NCBI GenBank assembly: GCA_041687115.1
Contig: JAWLCP010000003.1
Span: forward strand, 7,315 to 71,314
DNA length: 64,000 nt
Direction of reading: 5' to 3'
Origin: Anaerolineae bacterium
GTDB lineage: Bacteria; Chloroflexota; Anaerolineae; B4-G1
The notes under the pieces were generated by a model, which saw only the letters and a program-made list of their open reading frames with translations, was not told where the DNA came from and made no database searches. The first letter of the stretch is position 1. Each line of letters begins with the position of its first letter. The translations under genes were made by a program, and so were the position numbers. Shown one piece after another: positions 19,886 to 30,255 of this stretch.

Positions 19886-19976
19886 TGTGGGGACTTGTGG
19901 GGGAGAGTGGGGCGTTATGGAACGTCTTCCCCGGGATCCGGTTCATTGACGCTCTCACGTGGGGGATAACAACGGT

Positions 19977-20405
19977 ATGTTTCTGGGAGAGTTCGTCCAC
20001 GTCCTCGATAGTAAGGGACGCTTGACCATTCCCGCCAAGTTCCGTGCCGAACTGGACACGGGCCTTGTGGTCACTCGCGGAATCGACCGGTGCCTCGCTG
20101 TCTTCCCCAAGCCTGAATGGCAACAATTGGCCGAGCAGGTCAGCGAACTGCCGCTGACGAACCGACAGGCTCGCGCGTTCCAGCGGCTCCTCTTCGCCAA
20201 CGCCTCCGAGGTCGCCCCTGACAATCAGGGGCGCGTTCTCATTCCGCCCCGTCTGCGTGAGTACGCCGCCCTTGATGGCGAGGTTGTCGTGGCCGGTCTC
20301 AACACGCATATCGAGCTGTGGAATCCGGAGGCCTGGAATCGGGAGCGTGAGCAGTTGGAGGGGGAGGAAGTCGACATCGAGGGTTGGGCGGCCCTGGGTA
20401 TCTGA
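19977..20405 (+). CDS. mraZ: Transcriptional regulator MraZ.
   Basis: MFLGEF...DSKGRLTIPAKFR and second GRVLIPPRLR duplicated MraZ motifs. Confidence 0.92.
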   Translation: MFLGEFVHVLDSKGRLTIPAKFRAELDTGLVVTRGIDRCLAVFPKPEWQQLAEQVSELPLTNRQARAFQRLLFANASEVAPDNQGRVLIPPRLREYAALDGEVVVAGLNTHIELWNPEAWNREREQLEGEEVDIEGWAALGI

Positions 20406-20477
20406 TCTGTGAAATCGAGGTTGGGTCATCCTTTGGTGAGCACGTTAACAGCCGGGAGAATCGGGGGGCGGCGCTAG

Positions 20478-21404
20478 ATGGCGGAGGATCACGTCCCTGT
20501 TCTCTTGCACGAGGTGGTCGCCGGTCTGCAGGTGGAACCGGGGGGACGGTACGTCGATGCGACGGTGGGAGGCGGGGGGCACGCCGCTCAGATCCTGCTG
20601 GCTTCGGCCCCCGACGGCGTGCTGCTCGGCCTGGATCGGGATCCCGCGGCGCTGGACGCGGCCGGCGCCCGACTGGCCCCAAACAAAGGTCGTTTCGAGC
20701 TCGTACATGCCTCTTTCGCCCGTCTTAGGGAGGTTGCCGAGGCTCACGAGTTCGTCCCGGTCGACGGGATCCTGTTCGATCTCGGATTATCCTCGCTCCA
20801 GCTGGCCGATGTGGGGCGTGGTTTTTCTTTCACAGCCGATGGTCCGCTGGACATGCGGTTCGATCCGACATCGGACGGGCCAACCGCGGCCGATCTGGTG
20901 AACGAGCTCTCGGCTGACGCACTGGCTGACATTCTCTATGAGTACGGCGAGGAGACGCAGTCGCGTCGCATCGCCAAGGCAGTCGTTGAGGCGCGGCCGA
21001 TTCGCGGGACGCAGGAGCTGGTCGAGGTCATCGAAAAGGCCGTGGGACGGCGTCGCGGGCGGCTTCATCCGGCGACGCTAACATTTCAGGCGCTGCGAAT
21101 TGCGGTCAACGAGGAGTTGGTGGCGTTGAAGGCCGCTCTTCCGCAAGCCGTCGAGCTTCTGGAGGCGGGCGGTCGGCTGGTCGTCATCGCTTTTCATTCT
21201 TTGGAGGACCGCATCGTCAAGCGGTTCATGCGCCGGGAGAGTAAGGATTGTATCTGTCCGCGGGAGTTGCCAATTTGCACCTGCGATCACGAGGCGTCGC
21301 TCAACGTGATCACTCGAAAGCCGATTCGCCCGAACGAGGAAGAGGTGGCGGCTAATCCTCGCTCCCGCTCGGCCCGGCTGAGAATCGCGGAACGGAAAGG
21401 GTAG
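20478..21404 (+). CDS. rsmH: 16S rRNA (cytosine1402-N4)-methyltransferase RsmH.
   Basis: HVPVLL...[10 protein letters not shown] and [11 protein letters not shown] motifs. Confidence 0.92.
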   Translation: MAEDHVPVLLHEVVAGLQVEPGGRYVDATVGGGGHAAQILLASAPDGVLLGLDRDPAALDAAGARLAPNKGRFELVHASFARLREVAEAHEFVPVDGILFDLGLSSLQLADVGRGFSFTADGPLDMRFDPTSDGPTAADLVNELSADALADILYEYGEETQSRRIAKAVVEARPIRGTQELVEVIEKAVGRRRGRLHPATLTFQALRIAVNEELVALKAALPQAVELLEAGGRLVVIAFHSLEDRIVKRFMRRESKDCICPRELPICTCDHEASLNVITRKPIRPNEEEVAANPRSRSARLRIAERKG

Positions 21405-21414
21405 GTGGAGGCGG

Positions 21415-21738
21415 ATGTCCGACTTCCTGGAATGGGTCACCCACGGGGCGAAGCGTGGACGCTTCGAGATGGACTCGCGCGCTGCGGTGGCGCTGGCTGT
21501 CATGGTTGGAACACTCACCATGGTGATGGCCCTCTACCTGATCCTCATCAGTCGGACGGCCGCCCAAGGCCGCACGATCGAGCAACTGCAGGCAGAGCTC
21601 TTTCGCCTGCAGCGGGAGAATCATCAGCTGGCGGTGGAAATCGCGCAGGAGAGCGCCGTGCCTCGCCTCTGGGAACGGGCCCAGACGCTGGGGCTCGTGC
21701 CCGCGGAGGAGATAGAATTCGTCGGGAGATCGGAGTAG
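21415..21738 (+). CDS. ftsL: Cell division protein FtsL-like.
   Basis: Small bitopic protein: TM (AVALAVMVGTLTMVMALYLILI) followed by coiled-coil QLQAELFRLQRENHQL. Position between rsmH and ftsI. Confidence 0.7.
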   Translation: MSDFLEWVTHGAKRGRFEMDSRAAVALAVMVGTLTMVMALYLILISRTAAQGRTIEQLQAELFRLQRENHQLAVEIAQESAVPRLWERAQTLGLVPAEEIEFVGRSE

Positions 21739-21753
21739 TGCGCGGAGCGTTGG

Positions 21754-23490
21754 ATGGCTGAAGGACCAAGGCGACGTCTGCTCCTGTTGATCACGTTGCT
21801 GATCGGCTGCCTGATCGTGGTGATGGCTCAGCTCGTCAAGGTGCAGGTCGTCGACCATCAGTTCTACAAGACCTGGGCGCTGGAGCAGCAGGTGAGAGCG
21901 ATCACCATGGACAATGCGCCCCGGGGCGTGATCACCGATCGAGACGGGCACCTGCTGGCGGGCAACGGGGTGAGATATGCTGTTGAGGCGGCGCCCGCCT
22001 ATGTGGTCGACACGGAGGCGGCGGCCGTCGAGCTGGCATCGATGCTGCATCTGCCGGCCTCTCATCTGGAGACGCTGCTGGACAGCCGGGATGAGGACGG
22101 GGAGCTGAGGAGTTGGATCCAGATCGCTCCCTCGGTCCCCCCGGAGACGGGCGAGGCAGTTATCGATCTGGGGATCGGCGGTGTCACCGTCCGTCCGCTC
22201 TGGAGGCGCATGTATCCCGAGGACACTCTCGCCTCGCACACGCTGGGGTTCTCGACGATGATCACCGGATACTATGGCGTGGAGGGCTACTACGACGACT
22301 TGCTCCGTCCGGAGGTGGTGGAGTGGGTGGCCCCGGTCGACGTCTCGAGCGTGCCGATTCCCTGGCAACCGATTCCCGGGGAACTCCCGCGGCGCGGGGT
22401 GAATCTGGAGCTGACGCTGGATCGGACCGTGCAGGCGCTGGCGGAGGAAGAGCTACGGAATGCAGTCTGGGAACACGAGGCTGAGGGCGGAACGATCATC
22501 GTCATGGAGCCGGAGACTTTCGGCGTTCTGGCGATGGCCAGCTACCCTGCCTACGATCCAGAACGGTACACCGAGTTCGCGGACGATGATCCGCCACCGT
22601 TTGAAGACCCTGCCATCAGCAAACAATATGAGCCGGGGTCGGTGTTCAAGATCCTGACGGTGGCGGCAGCGCTCGACGCGGGCATCGTGAGGCCGGAGAC
22701 CGTCTACAACGACCAGGGATGGATCGAGGTGGGGGGGCAGACCATCCGCAATGCCACGGGGAAGTCCTACGGCGAATCGTCGGTGGCTGTCCTGCTGATC
22801 AAGTCTTTGAACGTGGGTGCGGCCTGGCTGAGCAAGCAGATGGGACCGGATGTCTTCTACCGGTACCTGCAGGACTTCGGGATCGGCGAGCGAACAAACA
22901 TCGACCTCGCCGGGGAGGTCACCGGGCAGTTGTGGCTGCCGGAGGACATAGAGCATTGGCATCCCTCGAACCTGGGGACGAACTCCTTCGGACAGGGGGT
23001 TGCCGTGACGCCGCTGCAGATGGTCACGGCGGTGGCGACGGTCGCCAACGATGGGGCCCGTTTGCGTCCCCACGTCGTTGGACGCCGCATTGCCTCCGAC
23101 GGAACTGTATCGGTTTATCAGCCGGTGCTAGTGGAACAAGTGATCTCGCCGGAGACGGCGCGCCAACTGACGCAGATCATGGTGCGGGTCGTGGAGGATG
23201 AGGTTACGCTGGCCAGGGTGGAGGGGTACCGGGTGGCGGGGAAGACGGGCACCGCTCAGATCCCGATTCCCGGAGGATACGCGAGGGAGGGCACGATCGC
23301 GACGTTCGCAGGGTTTGGGCCGGTGCCCGATCCGGAGCTGGTGGTGCTGGTCAAGTTGGATCGTCCGCAGAGCTCGCAATGGGCGTCGATGACGGCTGCC
23401 CCGACGTTTCAACAGTTGACGTCCAGGTTGTTCACCGCTCTGGCGATCCCGCCGGAGGGGGACCGGATGGTGGCGGAGGTAAGGGAATGA
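21754..23490 (+). CDS. ftsI: Penicillin-binding protein / peptidoglycan D,D-transpeptidase FtsI (class B PBP).
   Basis: N-terminal TM. SVFK (SxxK) and KTGTA motifs. Position in the dcw cluster. Confidence 0.9.
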   Translation: MAEGPRRRLLLLITLLIGCLIVVMAQLVKVQVVDHQFYKTWALEQQVRAITMDNAPRGVITDRDGHLLAGNGVRYAVEAAPAYVVDTEAAAVELASMLHLPASHLETLLDSRDEDGELRSWIQIAPSVPPETGEAVIDLGIGGVTVRPLWRRMYPEDTLASHTLGFSTMITGYYGVEGYYDDLLRPEVVEWVAPVDVSSVPIPWQPIPGELPRRGVNLELTLDRTVQALAEEELRNAVWEHEAEGGTIIVMEPETFGVLAMASYPAYDPERYTEFADDDPPPFEDPAISKQYEPGSVFKILTVAAALDAGIVRPETVYNDQGWIEVGGQTIRNATGKSYGESSVAVLLIKSLNVGAAWLSKQMGPDVFYRYLQDFGIGERTNIDLAGEVTGQLWLPEDIEHWHPSNLGTNSFGQGVAVTPLQMVTAVATVANDGARLRPHVVGRRIASDGTVSVYQPVLVEQVISPETARQLTQIMVRVVEDEVTLARVEGYRVAGKTGTAQIPIPGGYAREGTIATFAGFGPVPDPELVVLVKLDRPQSSQWASMTAAPTFQQLTSRLFTALAIPPEGDRMVAEVRE

Positions 23491-24926
23491 GACCGCGGTC
23501 TCTGACGTTGAGGGACGTTCTGGAAGCTCTGATCGGGGTCCGGCCGGAGGGATTGGATCAGCGCGTGGCGGAGCCCGTGATTGATTCCCGCCAGGCCAGG
23601 CCGGGGGCGCTGTTCATCGCCTTCGAGGGCGAGAACGCTGACGGCCACGACTACGTCGGCGACGCTTTCTCAAGAGGGGCAGTTGCGGCGCTGGTCGAGC
23701 GCGAGGTGGACGCGGATGCTCAGGTCCTGGATCTTACGGGGCCGAGCGTAGCTCTGCCCGCCGACTGGTCGCTGCCCCTGGTGCTGAGGGTGGACAACAC
23801 GCTGCGGGCGCTCCACAACATCGCGGCGTTCTGGCGGCGCGCGCAGGAGGGGCTGCGAGTCGTCGGGATCACGGGCAGTGTGGGGAAGACAACCACGAAG
23901 GAGCTGGCGGCCTCGGTGCTGTCGCGTCGGTACGTGACGGTCAAGAGCGAGGCCAGCTACAACAATGAGATCGGCCTGCCGCTGACGCTGCTGCGTCTGA
24001 CGAGCGAGCACGAGCGTGCCGTGTTGGAGATGGGGATGTACGACGTGGGGGAGATCTCCGATCTCGCTCGGATGGGCCAGCCGCAGATCGGCGTGGTGAC
24101 GATCATCAGGCCGGTGCACATGGAGCGCGCCGGCAGTTTCGAGCGCATCGTGAGGGCGAAGACGGAGTTGGTGGAGGCACTCCCGCCCGCGCCCGACGGC
24201 ACGGCGATTCTCAACTATGACGACGAGAACGTGCGGAACATGGCGGGATCGACGGAGGCGCGCATCTTCACATACGGGCTGTCACCCCAGGCCGATCTCT
24301 GGGCCGACCGGATTGAGGGCCTGGGGTTGGAGGGGATTCGCTTCCGCATGCACTACCAGGGGGACACGCTCCACGTGAGGGTGCCGCTGCTGGGGCGGCA
24401 CTCGGTCCACACCGCGCTGCGCGCGACGGCGGTGGGGCTGGTCGAAGGGCTGGGCTGGCAGGAGATCATCGAGGGTCTGCGTGAGGTGGAACCGTCGGCG
24501 CAGTTGCGGTTGTTTGCGGTGGCCGGCCCGCATGGTGCTACGATCCTGGACGACACGTACAACGCGAGCCCCTCTTCGACCATCGCAGCATTGAACTTGC
24601 TCGACGAGCTCGAGGGTCGCAAGATCGCGGTGCTGGGCGACATGCTGGAGCTGGGTGGGTACGAGCGGGAGGGACACGAGAAGGTGGGGATGCGTGCGCT
24701 GGATGTGGCCGACGTGCTCGTCACCGTTGGAAGGCTAGGGCGCATCATGGGCGAGGCCGCGGTGCGCTGGGGTATGTCGCCGGACAGGGTATACACGCTC
24801 GAGGACAATGACGAGGCCATCGATCTCTTGAGCAAGATGGTGAAGAAAGGTGACGTCGTTCTGGTGAAGGGCTCGCGGGCGTTGAAGATGGAGGAGATTG
24901 TCTCCGCGCTGAGCGCGGAGTCGTAG
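23487..24926 (+). CDS. murF: UDP-N-acetylmuramoyl-tripeptide--D-alanyl-D-alanine ligase MurF.
   Basis: GITGSVGKTTTKE P-loop, NNEIGLPLT, DDTYNASP. ATGA start/stop overlap with ftsI. Confidence 0.88.
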   Translation: MRPRSLTLRDVLEALIGVRPEGLDQRVAEPVIDSRQARPGALFIAFEGENADGHDYVGDAFSRGAVAALVEREVDADAQVLDLTGPSVALPADWSLPLVLRVDNTLRALHNIAAFWRRAQEGLRVVGITGSVGKTTTKELAASVLSRRYVTVKSEASYNNEIGLPLTLLRLTSEHERAVLEMGMYDVGEISDLARMGQPQIGVVTIIRPVHMERAGSFERIVRAKTELVEALPPAPDGTAILNYDDENVRNMAGSTEARIFTYGLSPQADLWADRIEGLGLEGIRFRMHYQGDTLHVRVPLLGRHSVHTALRATAVGLVEGLGWQEIIEGLREVEPSAQLRLFAVAGPHGATILDDTYNASPSSTIAALNLLDELEGRKIAVLGDMLELGGYEREGHEKVGMRALDVADVLVTVGRLGRIMGEAAVRWGMSPDRVYTLEDNDEAIDLLSKMVKKGDVVLVKGSRALKMEEIVSALSAES

Positions 24927-24942
24927 CGCAAGAACCCGACGT

Positions 24943-25947
24943 ATGGACAGAGCACTTATTCTGGCGAGTATTTCGTTTCTACTGGCAGTGGTGTGGGGGC
25001 CACTGCTCATACGCATTCTCCGTCACTACCGGATTGGCAAGCGGATTCGCATCGATTGTCCCGACGATCACGAGAGCAAGATGGGAACACCTACGATGGG
25101 GGGCCTGATGATTGTTGTCCCCGTGATCCTGATCACGGTGGTGCTCAACATCTACAACTTGCTCGGTCGCACGGTGATCGGGCGTTCTATTCTGGTGCCA
25201 CTGGGGGTGATGGTCATCTACGCTGTCATCGGAGGCCTCGACGACCTGGCGGGCGTGCGGGGTGTGCGGCGGGGTGCGGGCCTCACGGCAGTCCGCAAGC
25301 TGGTCTGGGAGATCCCTCTGACGCTGGGGATCGCGGTGGTCATGCTGGTCACGGACATCCAGTTCGCCGGGGAGGTGGGCGTGCCGGGGGTGCGGGAGAT
25401 GGTCAGCGTGGGCTGGGCATGGGTCGTCTTCGCGGCGTTCGTCATCTTGGGATTTGCCAACGCCGTCAACCTGACCGACGGGCTTGATGGCCTGGCCGGG
25501 ATCATTGTGGCCAGCGCGTTCGCCGCCTACGGGGTGATCGCTCAGCTGCAGGGTCAGTTCTATCTGATTCGTTTCTGCTTCACGGTGGTGGGCGCCTGTT
25601 TTGCGTTCCTTTGGTACAACGCCCATCCAGCTCAGATGTTCATGGGAGACACGGGCAGCCTGGCGCTCGGGGCGACGTTGGGCACGGTCGCATTGATGAC
25701 GGGACAGTGGCTTCTCCTGCCGGTGGTGGCATTGATTCCCGTCGCCGAGACGTTGTCGGTCATTATTCAGGTTCTCTACTTCAAGTACACGAAACGCCGG
25801 TTTGGCAAGGGACGGCGGGTTTTCAAGATGGCCCCTCTGCATCACCACTTCGAGCTGCTGGGATGGTCCGAGACGCAGGTGGTGCAGCGGTTCTGGCTGG
25901 TGGAGTTGCTGGCAGCGATGGCCGGCGTCGCGCTGGCGTTGCTGTAG
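24943..25947 (+). CDS. mraY: Phospho-N-acetylmuramoyl-pentapeptide transferase MraY.
   Basis: Polytopic membrane protein. NAVNLTDGLDGLA and DTGSL MraY motifs. Confidence 0.92.
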   Translation: MDRALILASISFLLAVVWGPLLIRILRHYRIGKRIRIDCPDDHESKMGTPTMGGLMIVVPVILITVVLNIYNLLGRTVIGRSILVPLGVMVIYAVIGGLDDLAGVRGVRRGAGLTAVRKLVWEIPLTLGIAVVMLVTDIQFAGEVGVPGVREMVSVGWAWVVFAAFVILGFANAVNLTDGLDGLAGIIVASAFAAYGVIAQLQGQFYLIRFCFTVVGACFAFLWYNAHPAQMFMGDTGSLALGATLGTVALMTGQWLLLPVVALIPVAETLSVIIQVLYFKYTKRRFGKGRRVFKMAPLHHHFELLGWSETQVVQRFWLVELLAAMAGVALALL

Positions 25948-26016
25948 GTGGCGCGGGCTGGCCGCGGATCTGGCTCGAGTTGAGAGCAGGCCGCCGCAAG
26001 CCAATATGGATCGTCT

Positions 26017-27438
26017 ATGGTAGGAGTGGGACTGGAAGGAGAGAGACTGAGAGACAAACACGTGGTGATTCTCGGTTTGGGCCGCCAGGGAGTGGCATTG
26101 GCCCGTTTCCTGGTCGGCGCCGGCGCCGAGGTGACCGCATCTGATCTGAAGGATGAATCCGCTCTGGTCGATCAACTGGAGGAGCTGGCAGATCTGCCGA
26201 TTCATTATGCGCTGGGTGAACACCCGATCCATCTGCTGGACGACGCCGATTTCGTATGCGTCAGTGGGGGAGTGCCCCTCGGCATCCCCATCGTGGGGGA
26301 GGCGCGCGAGCGAGGTATCCCTCTCACCAACGACGCACAGATCTTCCTGGAACGTTGTCCGGCCTCGGTCATCGGCATCACCGGCTCATCCGGGAAGACG
26401 ACCACGACGGCGCTGGTGGGCGAGATGTGCCGGGCGGCCGGGCTGCGCACATGGGTCGGGGGAAACATCGGCAACCCCCTCATCTCGGACCTGGACGCGA
26501 TTGGACCGGGGGATCGTGTGGTGATGGAGTTGTCGAGCTTTCAGTTGGAGCTTATGCACACGAGCCCGCACATCGCGGCGGTGCTCAACATCACGCCAAA
26601 CCATCTGGATCGACATGGGACGATGGAGAACTACATCGCGGCCAAGCAGAACGTGCTGGCGCATCAGACACGGGAGGACGTGGCCGTGTTGGGCTACGAC
26701 GATGCCAACGCGAGGGCGCTGGCTCTGGAGACCCCGGCCCGTCTCTACTTCTTCAGCGGGGGCGCCGAGGTGGAGGCGGGGGCGTTCAAGACGAACGGTG
26801 AGCTGACGCTGCGTATGAACGGGGACGCCAGGGAGCCCAGCGAGCGGGTCGACCGTGAGATCTGCAAGGCCGCGGAGGTGCGGCTGCTTGGGGACCACAA
26901 CTTGCTGAATGTGCTGGCGGCGAGCGCGTTGGCCGGGGTGGCCGGGGTGCCGTTGCAGGCAATCCGGGAGGTGGCGACAACGTTCACGGGCGTGGAGCAC
27001 CGCCTGGAGCTGGTGCGTGAGCTCAAAGGCGCGCGCTGGTACGACGACTCCATCGCCACGGCTCCGGAGCGAGCGTTGGCCGCGATCCGTTCGTTCGATG
27101 AACCCATGGTGCTGCTGGCCGGTGGTCGGGACAAGGATCTGCCCTGGGAGGCCTTGGCGGACAGTACGGTGCGGCGGGTGCGCCGATTGATCACTTTCGG
27201 CGAGGCGGGCCCCATGATTACGGAGCTGGTGAGCGAGACGATGGCGCAGGAGGGTGGAGGGGGGACCCTGGAGGGCATCTCGCGTATGGGGACGCTGGAG
27301 GAAGCTGTAGAGGAAGCTGCTCGGCTCGCCCGACCCGGCGATGTGGTGCTTCTCTCACCGGGAGGCACGAGCTTCGATGCATTTCGTGACTTTGCCGAGC
27401 GAGGGGATCGGTTCAAAGAGCTGGTGCGGGAGCTGTAG
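26017..27438 (+). CDS. murD: UDP-N-acetylmuramoylalanine--D-glutamate ligase MurD.
   Basis: ILGLGRQG Rossmann, GITGSSGKTTTT P-loop, Mur ligase C-domain. Confidence 0.9.
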   Translation: MVGVGLEGERLRDKHVVILGLGRQGVALARFLVGAGAEVTASDLKDESALVDQLEELADLPIHYALGEHPIHLLDDADFVCVSGGVPLGIPIVGEARERGIPLTNDAQIFLERCPASVIGITGSSGKTTTTALVGEMCRAAGLRTWVGGNIGNPLISDLDAIGPGDRVVMELSSFQLELMHTSPHIAAVLNITPNHLDRHGTMENYIAAKQNVLAHQTREDVAVLGYDDANARALALETPARLYFFSGGAEVEAGAFKTNGELTLRMNGDAREPSERVDREICKAAEVRLLGDHNLLNVLAASALAGVAGVPLQAIREVATTFTGVEHRLELVRELKGARWYDDSIATAPERALAAIRSFDEPMVLLAGGRDKDLPWEALADSTVRRVRRLITFGEAGPMITELVSETMAQEGGGGTLEGISRMGTLEEAVEEAARLARPGDVVLLSPGGTSFDAFRDFAERGDRFKELVREL

Positions 27439-27458
27439 CGAGGTTGTCGCGAGGCTGA

Positions 27459-28709
27459 GTGCGTGGGGGACGGATGATGAGTAAGAAGGCTCAGTGGATA
27501 CAAGGGGACCCGGACTACGTCCTGATCCTGACGGTTGCTGGCTTGGTCATCGCCGGGCTGATGATTGTCTACAGCGCCACGTTCGACTGGTCCTACCAGG
27601 ACCATGGAAGCTCGCTCCAGATCACGCTGAACCAGGCGCGATGGGTGGGGTTGGGTGCGGTGGCCCTCATCGTGCTGACGTTCATTCCCTATGACTGGTT
27701 GGAGAAGGCGGCGGTGCCGATCATGGGAGCGACCCTGCTCTCACTGCTCCTGGTGCTCCTGATCGGGCATAAGCGTTTCGGCGCGCAGCGGTCGTTTCTG
27801 GGCGGCTCAGTTCACCCCGGCGAGTTGGCGAAGCTCTCGTTGGTGATCTACATCGCTGCCTGGCTTTCGTCGAAGGGCGAGCAGATTCGGGACGTGACGT
27901 ACGGAATGATCCCGTTTGCCGTGCTGATCGGTGTGGTGGCCGGCTTGATCGTGGCACAACCGGACATAGGGACGGCGATACTGATCTCCGTGACGTCCCT
28001 TGCGGTATTCTTCTTTGCTGGTGCCGATATCTTCCAGCTCGCCATCGGCGGTGCCGTGAGCGTGGCCACGTTTGCGTTCTTCATCACCAAGTTCCCGCAC
28101 GCCTCCGATCGCATTTCTGACTGGCTGAAGGTATGGCGGAGCCCGGAGTTGGCTGGATATCAGATGAAACAGACGCTCATCGCTCTGGGCAGCGGAGGGC
28201 CGTTCGGCGTTGGGCTGGGGCAGGGTCAGCAGAAGCTGGGCTATCTGCCGACGCCACACACGGATACCATCTTCGCCGTGGTAGGTGAGGAGGCCGGTCT
28301 CGTGGGGTGTCTCATCCTGATCGGGCTCTACGCGGTGTTTGCCTACCGGGGTTTCAAGATCACGATGGACGCGCAGGAACCGTTTGCAGCCTTGCTGGCG
28401 TGTGGCGTGACGTGCTGGATCACGTTCCAGGCCCTGATCAACGTGGGTGTCGTCACCGGCCTGATTCCGTTCACCGGCATGGCATTGCCGTTCGTCAGTT
28501 GCGGTGGATCGTCAATGGTGACGTCGCTGGCGGGTGTGGGGGTGCTGCTCAGCGTATCGCGTGGCAGACGCCTGGGCGACCGTGTCAGCAAGCGCACCAC
28601 CAGGGGGGAGGGAACCCGCCAGTATGCGTATCTGGGTAGCCGGGGGGGGGACCGGAGGACACGTGTATCCCGGTCTCGCCGTCGTCCAGGCGCTTCGCGC
28701 CGCCGATAA
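27459..28709 (+). CDS. ftsW: SEDS-family peptidoglycan glycosyltransferase FtsW/RodA-type. 3' end overlaps murG by ~86 nt, giving an Arg-rich tail.
   Basis: About 10 TM helices. SEDS motifs (GSGGPFGVGLGQG, LPTPHTDTIFAV). Confidence 0.85.
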   Translation: MRGGRMMSKKAQWIQGDPDYVLILTVAGLVIAGLMIVYSATFDWSYQDHGSSLQITLNQARWVGLGAVALIVLTFIPYDWLEKAAVPIMGATLLSLLLVLLIGHKRFGAQRSFLGGSVHPGELAKLSLVIYIAAWLSSKGEQIRDVTYGMIPFAVLIGVVAGLIVAQPDIGTAILISVTSLAVFFFAGADIFQLAIGGAVSVATFAFFITKFPHASDRISDWLKVWRSPELAGYQMKQTLIALGSGGPFGVGLGQGQQKLGYLPTPHTDTIFAVVGEEAGLVGCLILIGLYAVFAYRGFKITMDAQEPFAALLACGVTCWITFQALINVGVVTGLIPFTGMALPFVSCGGSSMVTSLAGVGVLLSVSRGRRLGDRVSKRTTRGEGTRQYAYLGSRGGDRRTRVSRSRRRPGASRRR

Positions 28710-29706
28710 GCAGGAGGTCACCTACGTCGGGGGACGCGGAGGGATCGAACAGCAACTGGCGCAGCGTGCGGGGCTTCGATTCGTGGGCATACCGGCGGGT
28801 GGCGTCCACGGAGTCGCGCCCGTGAGGGCGGCGCAGAACATTGTCAAGTTGGTGCAGGGTTGGTGGGCGGCGTACATGCTCGGCCGCCGCGAGCGCCCGT
28901 CGGCGCTCTTCGCCACCGGGGGATACGCCAGCGTGCCGGTCGCACTGGCGGCTCGGGTGCTGGGGGTGCCCGTTCTGGTGTACCTTCCGGACATTGAGCC
29001 TGGCCTGGCGGTACGTTTCATCGCTCGGCTGGCTGCGAGGGTGGCGGTGACGGTAGAGGACTCACGCAGGTACTTTGCGGATCAAAAGGTGATCGTAACC
29101 GGCTACCCCGTTCGCGTCGAGTTCCGCGGCCTGGATCGAGAGGAAGCGCGAGAGGCACTGGGATTGGTGCCTGACGAACGAGTAGTCTTGGTGATGGGTG
29201 GGAGCCGGGGGGCGCGGAGCATCAATCGTGCTCTGGGGAGTGTATTGGAGCAGGTGCTGGACATGACACAGGTGGTACATCTGAGCGGAGAGCTGGATTG
29301 GCCCGCGGTTCGTGAGCGGCGGGATGCGCTGCCGGCGAGGCTACGGGAGCGATACCACGCCGTGCCCTACCTGCACGAGATGGAATACGCTCTGGCGTCG
29401 GCGAATCTGGCGGTGAGCCGTGCCGGGGCCTCGACGTTGGGAGAGATGCCGTTTTTCGGGCTGCCGGCGGTTCTCGTGCCGTATCCACACGCGTGGCGGT
29501 ACCAACGGGTCAATGCCGAATGGTTGACAGAGAGAGGAGCAGCGGTCACGCTGCGGGATGAACGGTTGGAGCAGGAGCTACTGCCGACGTTACGAGGGCT
29601 TCTGAAGGACGGAGAGCGGCTGGCGCAGATGGAGGATCGTGCCCGGGAGTTGTCCCGGCCCGATGCAGCGGCTCGCCTGGCAAGGAACCTCCTCACACTA
29701 GCATAG
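28624..29706 (+). CDS. murG: UDP-GlcNAc:undecaprenyl-PP-MurNAc-pentapeptide GlcNAc transferase MurG.
   Basis: MRIWVAGGGTGGHVYPGLAV N-terminal G-loop. GT28 C-domain. Confidence 0.9.
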   Translation: MRIWVAGGGTGGHVYPGLAVVQALRAADKQEVTYVGGRGGIEQQLAQRAGLRFVGIPAGGVHGVAPVRAAQNIVKLVQGWWAAYMLGRRERPSALFATGGYASVPVALAARVLGVPVLVYLPDIEPGLAVRFIARLAARVAVTVEDSRRYFADQKVIVTGYPVRVEFRGLDREEAREALGLVPDERVVLVMGGSRGARSINRALGSVLEQVLDMTQVVHLSGELDWPAVRERRDALPARLRERYHAVPYLHEMEYALASANLAVSRAGASTLGEMPFFGLPAVLVPYPHAWRYQRVNAEWLTERGAAVTLRDERLEQELLPTLRGLLKDGERLAQMEDRARELSRPDAAARLARNLLTLA

Positions 29707-29717
29707 GACGGTGGGCG

Positions 29718-30242
29718 ATGGTACCACTGGATACAGTCTTATGGACGTTCGTCCTCCTCTTTGGGTTGATGGGAGCCCTGCGGGGATGGTCGAAGGAGAT
29801 GCTGGTGCTCTTCAGCGTGGTGGTGGCACTGGCCATGCGGCTTATCTTCACCGAGTACGTGCCTTTTGTCAGGGATTTCTTCGCCCGGCCCCCGGTGCAG
29901 CAGTTCTATCTGTACAGCGGGCTGGTGGTCTTGATGACCATCGCCGGGTACGCGGGGCCCGCGGTCTCTGGGCGATTGGCGCATGCGTCGGCGCGCGAGA
30001 CGCTTCAGGACATCCTGCTGGGGTTCATCATCGGTGCGATAAATGGGTTCCTGATCATTGGCTCGATCTGGTACTTCCTGGACGCGGCCGGGTACAACAT
30101 CATGGGGATAACACCGCCGCCTCCTGACTCGATGGCTGCGGCGCTGGCGAGCAGCTATCTGCCACCGCTCTGGCTCACGGACGCGGTGCTGTTGACCGCC
30201 TTTTCATTCGCGTCGGTTTTCGTGATCATCGTGCTGGTCTAA
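29718..30242 (+). CDS. CvpA-family (colicin V production-like) integral membrane protein, inserted inside the dcw cluster.
   Basis: 174 aa, four predicted TM helices, CvpA-like topology. Exact family assignment needs an HMM. Confidence 0.5.
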   Translation: MVPLDTVLWTFVLLFGLMGALRGWSKEMLVLFSVVVALAMRLIFTEYVPFVRDFFARPPVQQFYLYSGLVVLMTIAGYAGPAVSGRLAHASARETLQDILLGFIIGAINGFLIIGSIWYFLDAAGYNIMGITPPPPDSMAAALASSYLPPLWLTDAVLLTAFSFASVFVIIVLV

Positions 30243-30255
30243 GTGAGAGGTTGAC